Assembly: GCA_000934665.2 (NCBI GenBank) | Contig: JYFJ02001451.1 | Location: forward strand, 1-64,000 | From: Catajapyx aquilonaris | Lineage: Eukaryota | Reading direction: 5' to 3' | Length of the DNA: 64,000 nt | Shown here: positions 1 to 10,700 of the stretch, in pieces | How positions within the stretch are numbered: the stretch's first letter is position 1 | Layout: each line of letters starts with the position of its first letter | Translations under genes and position numbers: made by a program | Notes under the pieces: model-generated | Told to the model about the DNA's origin: nothing | The model's input: only the letters and a program-made list of their open reading frames with translations | Database searches by the model: none

Positions 1-111
1 CCGCCGGACGGGGTTGCCAGGTAACGGGCTAAACATAAGCAGCTTATGCCGAATTTGTCAATAACTAAAACGACAAAAAAGTTTGATCACCCTGTATAAT
101 AGCAGAACTCT

Positions 112-325
112 TTGGTTCTTGCCGTGTAGTTGCCATGGCCGCCAAAACCATCAAAGATGGCGAACCCTATTTTTTGCCTGTACCCTATTTATACCTCGTT
201 GGCGTTGCCCACACGTCAAAATGGCCGCCAGCTGTGGCAACGGCCCCAAACAGAGAGACGCGGACATCAAAGACGCCGATAGAAGTTTGCGCCTCTTGTG
301 TACAGTAGTATAATAATGCTCCCTG
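112..325. mobile_element. Family A MITE, centre plus right arm
   Basis: Closely matches 58966-58990 plus 59229-59406; ends ATGCTCCCTG. Preceded by a CACCCTG-TA mariner-type end at 88-96. Confidence 0.8.
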
Positions 326-432
326 GCACAATGTTTATTTCAACAAATAGCATTGTCCACTATGATTCGAATTTCCGGCACTGATTGTTGCCGTCTCATA
401 GCAGCGACAACTTCTGGCAATAATAATAAACC

Positions 433-1263
433 ATGAGGGGCTGGATCGTGGTGGCCGCGCTTGTTCTTGCGGTTGACTGCAAAAAGCATGATTATTGCAA
501 GGTAAGCGAGAGCCATACCATGTGCATGTACGCGAGTCAGGCTCCGAGATGCGGGATGGTCATACGAAACTGGATGACTACTTGGGAAAAGGGCGAGATG
601 CTTCGTCTTCACAACAGACTTCGATCCATGGTGGCCATCGGGATGGAGGACAGAGGCTCTCCAGGTCCGCAGCCTCCAGGAGCTGACATGCTCCAGATGA
701 CCTGGAGTCACGAACTGGCCGAGATCGCCCAGCGCTGGAGTGAACAGTGCGTGTTCGGACACGACGTGAACCGTGACCTGGACATCAACGAGAAGGTGGG
801 GCAGAACATCCACCGGTACGTCCATCCAACTATGAAGGAGCAGGCGGATCTGACCCAGGTGGTGTCCAGCTGGATGGACGAAGTGGGGGTGTACAACAGC
901 TCGCAAGTGGGACACTTCCAGAGGACAGGCGCCGAGAGCAGCGGACACTACACGCAGCTGGTATGGTCTCGGACACGGCAGGTCGGATGCGGATGGACGT
1001 TCTTCCAGAGAGGAGACAAGTCCGAGTACACGACCATCACAGTGTGCAACTACGCTCCGGCTGGGAACGTACCGCTGGAGCCGGTGTACGCCGTTGGAAA
1101 GCCCTGTTCCAGCTGTCCGGATGAGTACTTCAGGTCGTACAGGTACAAAGGACTGTGCAGCAATGGACTGGAGACCAACCAGATCGCAGAGTCCAAAGGT
1201 GTCACCGTCTTCGTGAACACCATCTTTGCTTTATTTATCTGCTTCGTGTTAGTGGTTCAATAA
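433..1263 (+). CDS. CAP superfamily (SCP/antigen 5/PR-1) protein, venom allergen 5-like, 276 aa, with signal peptide and C-terminal hydrophobic tail
   Basis: Uninterrupted ORF; signal peptide MRGWIVVAALVLAVDC; antigen-5-type DYC...HTMC N-terminus; LRLHNRLRS, MxxMTWSxELAxIAQRW, CVFGHD, VGQNI, GHYTQLVW (CAP1), VCNYAPAGN (CAP2), GKPCSSCP hinge; AATAAA overlaps the stop codon (1259-1264). Confidence 0.95.
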   Translation: MRGWIVVAALVLAVDCKKHDYCKVSESHTMCMYASQAPRCGMVIRNWMTTWEKGEMLRLHNRLRSMVAIGMEDRGSPGPQPPGADMLQMTWSHELAEIAQRWSEQCVFGHDVNRDLDINEKVGQNIHRYVHPTMKEQADLTQVVSSWMDEVGVYNSSQVGHFQRTGAESSGHYTQLVWSRTRQVGCGWTFFQRGDKSEYTTITVCNYAPAGNVPLEPVYAVGKPCSSCPDEYFRSYRYKGLCSNGLETNQIAESKGVTVFVNTIFALFICFVLVVQ

Positions 1264-3184
1264 ACCGATGTTCAGTAAATCGAGTCAAGAACAAGGTGTG
1301 TGATAATAATATGTCTTAGGTGAAGAAAAGAGCGCGTGTGATATGGCAGGCAGCAGAGAATGCCAACTGTGACAAGATAATAATCGTGGTGTGTCAAGAG
1401 AGACGACGCCACCGGCGCTACTTCAACCTCCTGAAGCAGCAAAGCTTTTGTCGGCCAAGCGATGGACAGAGAGGAAGGTTGGCAAGTAATTATCACCCTT
1501 GGTGATTTATGCTGCTGTGATGAAGACGGGGCACAGGTGTGTTCACGTCACCGATGCCTCGTCTCACTGATCTGCCACTCACGACCATTGCTCCAAAAAT
1601 TGCGCTGGGAAAAAAACACATGCATAATTGCTGGACGGCCGCCTCTTAATTAATTACAGGGCAAGTCGTCACAAAACGCGGTCTCGCCCCATTTCACCGG
1701 CGTTATCTCAATTTGCCTCTTAATGCCCTTGAGCGCACCAACAACAAAAGATATTAGACAAAAACCATATTGCCGACATCTACCATCGAAAATTTTTATA
1801 ATAGAGTCCCAACGTTCATTAGGCTGATTGTTATTAACAGCCCCCTGCAGAGTTCAATTTCGGAGCGATTTCCACGCATGCTAAGCGACATGTCGAGCAT
1901 GCGCTCTGGGGGAGGCATAAGATTTCTACATCTCCTCTTATTGCCCTCCCAGAGATAATCTGGCATTCCCAATCTAATTGGGTCGGAAACAAGCCACGGT
2001 CGGACACCCCTAACAAAAATAAAAGAGTTTAATATATTGGACCCCGCCCCAACATATATGCTGCGTGGGCGGGCCAACCTTAGCAGCAACAGTCAACAAT
2101 ATCAATCTTTTACCTTGATAACCAGAAGTTCAAAACTGACTTAGAAATCCCGGTTGAACCTACCTGAAAATATTGGAAATCGCTTCCTCCAGCCCTGAAG
2201 CCTGATGGCCAAATAGAAAAAAAAAAAAACCTGTAAGAAAAATGACAGCTCTTCTCTCTCCAGATGATTATGATGATGAGGCGCAGGCAGCATAAGTCCT
2301 CCTCTTCCCTCATTTTTCTTCAAATGAGTTACCTCCACTTTAGTTACAATGTTTGGAGGCAAAATAACCCCAGCCCCGAAAAGAGTGGTCGCCTTGAGCC
2401 AAAGACGATTTCTCATATTGTTTCCTGGTAATTATTTGGAGTGAGTATTTTGGCTTGGAGGCAAAGAGGATTCAGGACACTCTTTTGAGAGTTCAAGGCT
2501 GTCATATAGTCGGTAGGGTCGTAGCTAGAGATGAATTTCGCAAAAAAAAATTGCACAAAATTTCTACCCAAAAAGTGGACAAAATATGCTGTACTAAGAG
2601 CGAAATTTCATTTCAAAAAAAGAGCGTTTATTTCAAATCGAGTCATCACTAGTGAATATTTTAAAATTTTAATTGCACTACTAAGGAGGTCTATCCAATT
2701 TGCAAAATTTGTTGTGCATAATATGCAATTTTCGTTGCCATTTTCAGAATAAAAGTATATTATACCGGTACTTTAATTTTGAAAATGGCGACTTTTCGTT
2801 TTCAGATACCGGTATGTATGAAGTTACATTGTTATTTCGCTTATCTTAATATTGCTGTGTTAGTGAATGTTCTTTCTCAAGAAAGTTATTTTATTTTTAA
2901 AAAAATTTATCACATTTGCGAAATTTGTTGTTCATAAATTTTTATTATAAAATTGTAATTTGCCTTTTTCAGACCTCATTTTTTTAAAAATTCATGTAGT
3001 TAATGTTTCTTCTCGAGAAAGTCATTTTATTCAACGATGATAAACTTGTAAATTTAATGTGAAGTATGTGGGACTATTTTCAACTGTAATATTTTTCCAC
3101 ATTATGTTAAATTTGATAGGGTGCTGACCTCGCTAATCACGTTCATGACCTGGACTCAAAAAAATGCGATCAACTTGCGAATTC

Positions 3185-3190
3185 TTTATT
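3185..3190 (-). promoter_or_regulatory. Probable distal polyadenylation signal of SoxF (about 1.1-kb U-rich 3' UTR); a proximal AATAAA lies at 4114-4119
   Basis: Minus-strand AATAAA followed about 17 nt later by CA and a T-run; 3190-4276 has many A-runs on + (U-rich in the mRNA). Confidence 0.45.
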
Positions 3191-4276
3191 GGTAAAGATT
3201 TTTCCACGGGTTCCTTTTTTTTCTCGCCAACAGGTACACTACACGTGGACATAATAATATTAATAATAATAATTCTATGCATAAATATACTGACAAACTA
3301 TAAACCTCATTTTTGTTCCATTTACAAACAGCAAAATGTGGCACGAGAGGGCGAAAAAAATACCACATTTTTAAACTTTTTTTCCCATTTTTTTATGTAC
3401 AACGTGCAATGTTGGAATGTGTGTGCAATCAACAAAATAAAGACCAAAAAAAAGGGCAGAAAAAATACAGATCATCAATAAATTGTGTGATAGGCACTGA
3501 GACAAGTACTCAATCAATCGCTGGGTAACTGAGCACCACTGCAAAAAAAAAACACGTAAGCTCCAAAAAAAACGGAGACAAAAAAAAATCGACCCTGCAT
3601 AATAATAATAATAATTTTTCACAAAAAAAACACACAGCAGGATTTACACACTTGGAAAAAAATATGCCCCGAATAAACAAAAATCGGTGGGATTTGAAGC
3701 CCGCTTCTTTGATTGGAGCCTCGATTGTCCTCCATTTTGGGGGGGAGCTCAAAACCTGTAGAGGAGGGCAGATCTATCGTTTGAAGAAAGGGGGGAAAAA
3801 ATTAATAATAATAAAAGGGGAGTATACCAAAAGTGGGAGGGGGGTGAGCCAAAAAAAAAACGGGGTTGAGAAGTTGTTGTGAAAGTAGTCCTTGGTTCGG
3901 CATTGTAAAAAAAAAAGAGATGGCCCGGCCTCTTCTGCCATTTTAAACAGCCTATCAGGCACTTTCCATCAGGCGGACGCCATTTTGAAGCAAATTATTA
4001 TGACCTCTCTATAGGACAAATTTACGTGCGATATGCAAATTTATAGGTAAAATTTAACAACTATGAAGCGCTTTTTTTGATTCGCGATGGCCGCCATTGG
4101 TCGTGTTGGAAATTTTATTGCTTTTCTTTGTTGGTCCCTGATTCCAGCCAGTCACATCTTCCGGGTGTAATAACTTATGACATTTTTTTTTCTTTCAAAA
4201 AGTGACTGGTCGGGGCACCATTTTTTTCCGGATGAATGGTGCCCGGAGTGCGTCTGGCACAATAATGAGAGACAGT

Positions 4277-4734
4277 TCAACTGTTGTAGTACATTTCCCT
4301 GACGTCAGCCAGAGCCGAGATGAGACTAGACTCCTCGCCCTTTTGCAGCGGAGCCGCCATTAGAGAACCTGAAGCGGCGAAGAGGGCGCCTTGCTCGAAC
4401 TCGCAAGATGGCGGCTGTTGCCCCGGGGCCGCCCCTGCGCCGTCAGACTGCTGGTTGTATCCGGATCCACCCAGGGCCACCCCGGGCTCGCCTTTAATTA
4501 TGACTTGCTGCTGGTGGGTGGCGGAGGATGTGGAGGAAGACGAGGAGGACAGCATACCAGCAGGGCTTCCTCCTGCGTTGTGGTAGTTGTGGTTGGCATC
4601 CATGTTGTCCGGCGAGTGAGACACGGTCACTGCGGACGGACCTTTCAGGTATCGGTCGAATTCGTTGCGATCCACTTCCTCCAAGAGCTCGTCCTGTCCG
4701 AAAGGGGAGACGCTCACATGTTGTTGATCGGTAC
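4277..4734 (-). CDS. SoxF: SoxF terminal coding exon (EFDRYL beta-catenin-interaction-type motif, C-terminal SALAD..YY)
   Basis: Acceptor cgttatag|GT at 4734; TGA stop at 4279-4277. Confidence 0.9.
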
Positions 4735-7700
4735 CTATAACGAGCAGGCACAAAAATGGGTATGATCAAGATAATGCCCACCGACACTCCACTCAAAATA
4801 CAAGTTGATCTGTAAAAATCAGGCAAAAAATCATGATTCCGGTGATACCATCCGTTTATCTCTCAGACGAACGGTAATGTCAGGGGAAGAGACGAAAGTC
4901 GGAAAAAATTCGAGGTCTGTTCGAGAGTGGCGCCGCCTGGCCACCTGGCCAAGTTAGGCGACGTTGGATAGTAGCGCCGCCGCCGCCGTGTCGTGCAACG
5001 TGGCTCAATCGGTTTGAAGCGGGTTAGGCCTTGTAACTCCTACCGAAAGCGGGCCATATCAGAACGTTTTTTGAAATGAAGCGCTACGGATGTGACATGT
5101 AACTTGGCTCAATAAGAGCCATTCCACGATCATGCATGTAAATTACTGGAAAATCCAAAGTGCACTAATTAAAACCGCCGTTATACAGCAGGCAACAGAA
5201 GAAGAAAAAAAAACCTGCAGCAAACTTCCTCCTTCCTTCATTAACTGGCACATAAATATTAAAGCAGTTTCCTAGTTTGAACCGCGACAGCTGTCCGTTC
5301 CCCGCATAAATCTTGACATTTCATCAACCTTTCTTATTATGACAAATTGCAAATCTGGCAACAGTGACTGACTAATCCGAAGTGTGCCAAAAGCCTGCTG
5401 TACAACATAGAAGGGGAGGTGTACTTGAGCTGAAGAAGAAACCTCCCCACTATTTCACGCCTCGTTTCTCGTTTCTTCTAACTCATTGCGCTTCATTAGG
5501 CTGCTCACTGCGGCGGTGACAACTCATTTTGAAGCCAGCAAGCCAGCCACCTCGCGCAACAATCGAGCTAAACGGAGTGACGCGCGCGAGAGAATGCGCA
5601 TCATCATCATTAACACCGCTCTCATCCCCCCCGTCTGACAACCCTGACAGCATCCATGCCCGGCGAATGACATCTCTCCTCCACCTTTCCCCGCGCGCAG
5701 CATCCTCTTTTGTTTCATTGCTTCATAAAGGATCCACTGATTGCACTTCCAGGTTTAGACTTTACTAACCAATCGCTTTGTGAAAAGGTCAGGCTAAAAG
5801 GCCACTTCACAGCGGAATGCGCATGCGCGGGGTTCTGACTACACATCGGAATCTACTAGAGAGGGCGTGTCTAGGGAGAGTCGCCCTCTCTAGGGAGAGT
5901 CGCCAACCTCTGACGTCACGTCATCTCTGATTGGCTGGAGTAGTTCCAATGGGGGCCGACATCATGCGTTGTTATGGAAACAGTGGCCGACTCTGACGTC
6001 ACGGTCAACTCCGATTGGATGCACACTCCAGCCAATCAGAATCGACCGTGACGTCAGAGCCTGCCACTGTTTCCATAGAAACGCATTATGTCGCCCCCCC
6101 ATTGGAACTACTCCAGCCAATCAGAGATGACGTGACGTCAGAGGTCGGAGACTCTCGCCCTATAGGATCTACCGGTGGGTATGCGCATGCGCGATCAGAA
6201 ATTGTCTGATTGGTTCCTTACCGACGTATCCAATCTGACAGGCGATCCTGTTGCTGACGCAGAAGTTGGATGGCGCTTGGGAGTAGATGGAATCCGTGGT
6301 GTAGCAGACGGGAGACGACGTTGTGTACACCTGTGGGACGTACCCGTCGCCACAGCCGGCCTCGTAGTACCCGGCACCGTCGCCCATGCAGTTGGACAGA
6401 GGGGAGTGCTGGGACGGCACGGGCGAACCTCCTCCGCCCCCGCCTGCCCCGGGGCTGCCCTGACCCCCCGGGTAGGCCATACCGGTGGCCACCCCGAGAC
6501 GCTGCCGGTAGTGGGCCAGGCTCTTGATGAATCCGGACGGGTTGGAGAACCGGGTCATCAGCTGCGATACCGGAGACACCTTCCGTTCGTCTGCGAATGG
6601 GAATCCTTCCTTGTCCTGCTCCAATGGGGACATCTCGGGCGTCGGAAGGGTGTTGACTCCGTTGCCAACACTAGTTCCTGACGACGCTGCCGACGCCGCA
6701 CCCACGCTAATAAAGGACACATTTAGTACCACCACCGACCACCGAGGAACAAGTCCGCGACGCTATATACCGACCTTTGGCTTCCAGGCGCTGCGTCGTT
6801 GGCGTACTCTGGCATGTTTCCTCTCAGGGCGCCCCTGAGCGCCTCTGGTTCTGGGCTTCCGTTGGGGGAGGCGTCGGGGGTGTGAAGCGCCGCCAGAGCA
6901 GTCCCCAGGTGGTGTATCCTGGTTGAGAATGGGTAGGGCGCCGTCCTGAGTGGGTCGCTCCCACCGACGCCCCCGGCGCCCATCCCAGACGGAGGCAGGA
7001 TAGGATGGTGCGCATGCGAATGAGGGTGGTGCGGATGGTGCGGAGCCAGGAGGTGGTGCTGTTGCTGCTGAGGAGGCGTCCCTCCTTCCATCCTCCCACC
7101 AGGAGGGACGGCGCCGGCGCCTCCGACGCCCACCTCACCGCGACGCCCACCTCGCTTGTTGTGCTTGCGTCGTCGAGGCCTATACTTGTAGTTGGGATGC
7201 TCCTGCATGTGCATCACGCGCAGCCTCTCCGCTTCCTCCACAAACGGACGTCGATCCTGGGGCGTCAAACTCCGCCATTTTTTCCCTGTAAATATACAAT
7301 AAAAAAATTGTTGAGATTGATCCCTGCCCAATCATTTAGGCCTATAAATCCGATTAAAGGAGGTTTGGTGGGAGGAGCTGGGCTCATCCTCGGCGTTAAC
7401 TCGGGCGTTACTCGTGACCACCCTTTTGGGTCTTTGCAGGGTACGAACCGCACCTCACCATCGGTGACAAAGGGTCAATGACACGCAGGTTTTGCCCTAT
7501 TAAAAATCACCCCCCAAAAAAGTGCACCAAGAAATCACGAAATACCACGCATGTCTCGTAATTGTGTCACCTTTCAGACAGCCTGCGATTTCATCAATAT
7601 AAGCTTACATAAATCTGAAAGTTTGTCCGCATGTTTGTATGTCTCGGCTACCTAACCCACTTCCACACCTCTGAGAGTGCTGAAACTTGGCACACTGACG

Positions 7701-10700
7701 TCTTTTTTCGATTAAGAAAAAAAAAGTTCGAAAACCGCATTTTAGGATTCCTTGCTTTTTTTTTAACTAAATTTGGTATCTGCAAAAATTTTACTCCCAC
7801 CTCAGATGGCGCTCCTACCCGGTCCTCTTATCAATCCCCGTGCGAAGAACGGGTCCACTGCTAGTAAATAAATAGGGCCGAATTCAGAGAGGTTGGTTAA
7901 CGTAAACGCGCCCGATTAAATCCTTTAGTCATCCTCGACTACCAAATTTAAAAGTGCGAGCAAGTGCGAATAGGGGGCGTTTAGCGCTAATCGCCGTCTT
8001 TGTATTAGCAGGTTGATTAAATTTGCTAATCGAGGCTGACTAAAGGATTTAATCGGGCGCGTTTACGTTAAGCAACCTCTCTGAATTCGGCCCATAAAAT
8101 TTAGCCCTTAATTTTTGTTCGTACAATCTGGTGGGAAAAAAAAGTGTTGTGCAACATAGCGGTTTCACTGATAAGCAGCTGTGCGTCTGCCATTATTTTT
8201 CGGGCCATTTGGAGACCAGAAACCTCATCTGGAGCTGACAAAACAATAAGCGCGATTGATGGACCAAAAGAGCCAGAGAGAGAGAGAGAGAAAAAAAAAA
8301 TAACAAAAATTTACAAACAATGAACGGAGGTGGAACAGCACTTTTTTTCACCATCTTTTTTTTATCTTCTCTCGATTGGATTATAAGTAAGGCGCGAGTC
8401 TGCCAAAAAAAGACTGGTGAAAATGAAGTGCTCAATGTCAAGGACTTAAAAAAGAAGAAGCCAATTAAGTAACTTCGAAAAATCCTTTTTTGTGGGGAGG
8501 AAAGAAAAAAACTGCAAATTAATCAAAGAAAAAGCGTGGAAGTTGTCCTATTACTTTCGGGGTGGCTTTAAACCATCATATTTCTTCGCCAACTTCTTTT
8601 TTTGTGTGTGTGTGTGTGACTGTGTCATCATATTATTTTTGAGGTCAGGCTCGGTTTCTGCGAACGCGATTAAAATAACAGATTTCGAAGGAGCTACCCT
8701 TTCTCGGGATTCATATAATTGGAGAGAAAAAAAGGCTCATACAAGGTTGTCATCTTTCAGTGAGTGTCATCAGATCTTTTGACAAATGTTAGTAGGTCGT
8801 GGAAAAAAACGATGGTTAATCCCAGCATAATATCAGACGCTGAAATTTTCTATTCGAGGATTTGGATTTTTTTTTTTCCATTTACCCCATTGGGATTTAC
8901 CATGTCCTTTAGGGGGGGTGGATTACCACCATCAGAAATTGGAGACGTGTAAGAAGATCTTAATTAATTACTTCAGGGTAGGTAGGAGGGGATGTGCAAA
9001 AGTGCAAGTGCAATGTCTCTAATCGTCATTTTGTGAGCTCCCCCGGGTGGCTTAGTATGTCGGAAATTGCCACCCGAAGTGAAGCCAGAGATGGCCCAAC
9101 TCTGAACAGATAAAAGTGGGAAACCCGGGTGGGGATCGAACCCGGGACCTTTAATATCCGTGGGCGCGTGCGTTACCGCAGTGCTACTACGAGGATTTGG
9201 ATTTTACATGGCGTACTTTTTGTGCCAGCTTTGGTGACAATGTAACACGGTGTAAAAGTGTTACGTGTGGAAATATCGTATAAGTGAAGCGCGGCCATTG
9301 AGGCGGCTGCAATCATCGTCAGCAGTATTAAGGAAGTGAGGTTTTGATCCCCGCATATACAGCCAACGCAGGTGTAAAACGCCAATCGCAGCAGGGGCGA
9401 AACGCATTATATGTTAATGAGGGGACAGGCTGATTGATTCCTAATTACCGGGAGGGCTCGGATGGAAATAAGATTTATGTGGTGGGAGCACACAACCTGT
9501 TTCTTTTCCCCCAGATAAATGTGCGGTGCTATATCGAAACTGATGTGAGGTCAACATATTTGGCCCGAAAAAAATCTTAAGTAATATTAAGCACACAAAA
9601 AAATCATATGAGAGTATGAAATAATTGGCGCGCGTGCTAGAATTTCATTCCTTTTTCCTGTGCACTCACAGATCGTATATAGAGATACAATGTGCATGTG
9701 CACTCGCAAATTGCAAAGGTGTAATATTCTGAGAGTTGGCTATTTAATTCGGGCCCTAAAGCAAGGCACGGCTCGCTTCTTCTTCGGACTTTTTTCAGGA
9801 GTAACATATATACCTGACACAGGAAATGAAACATCCAGAATTTACGTTTCGTGTGCAGGAAGTCATTCTCTTGAGGGGGGGGGGGGNGGGGGGGGTCTCG
9901 ATTTTTCTCCAGGGAAGAATATAAATCCACCGTCGAGTTTTTCCAACCAGTTCCGCCTCTTACATGTGCAATTTTTTGGCTGAATTTTACAAATTGCTAT
10001 CAGGATGCAAAAATTAGCGTCGCCAACGAGGGAGGTCCCATTTATGCTCACAGAAAATACATTCGCATAGTAATAAAAAAATCACTTCTTAGCCCAGAAG
10101 ATATAAAACGTAGGGTAATGTTACTAGCGCTCTGACCTCTGTTTGTAATGATAATAATTTAAAATCAATTTGAGCTCGGGCTCCACCCAAACTCTCCGAA
10201 AGCTGCACGACCATGAGTGTACACAAATGAAAGCATCTGGTATACCTCATCGCTCCATTTTTGGATTCGCTACCTGCTGGGCAATCGCGAATTATTAGCT
10301 GTGCACTGTACACACATGGTTTTATTGCTTTAAAAAAAATGTAATGAGATCTGGCACCCGAATATAACGGGGCTTTCTCTGTGTTGGTGCCTCTGAAGTA
10401 AAGATGGGGGTCATAATTTCCCGTGGCAGGGCTTCGACCTTATTAATTTAACCCTCCACCGCTGAGAGGAAGAAAAACCTCGGCGGTCACGGAGCGTTGA
10501 GTCCATCGACAGCGTGACTTCCGATTCCGCAGATCTCTAACTGCAAATTTTTTTTAACTCACTGTCTTCTTTCCAACCTTTTTGGCAACCGCGTCCCACA
10601 ATTTTTTAAAACAAAACACTAAAATAAAAATGCTGAAGGACGGATGGAGAAAGATGGGTCCTACTTTTCTCTTCTGAGAGAGGATAGCCTGGCCTTGGGA

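Noticed and set aside
340..948. 202-aa minus-strand ORF
   Set aside because: Antisense shadow of the CAP coding sequence; no domain recognised.
2530..3060. AT-rich block with faint direct repeats
   Set aside because: No definable termini or unit; too degenerate to call.
9123..9194. Functional tRNA gene
   Set aside because: A and B boxes are present, but the cloverleaf stems do not pair.
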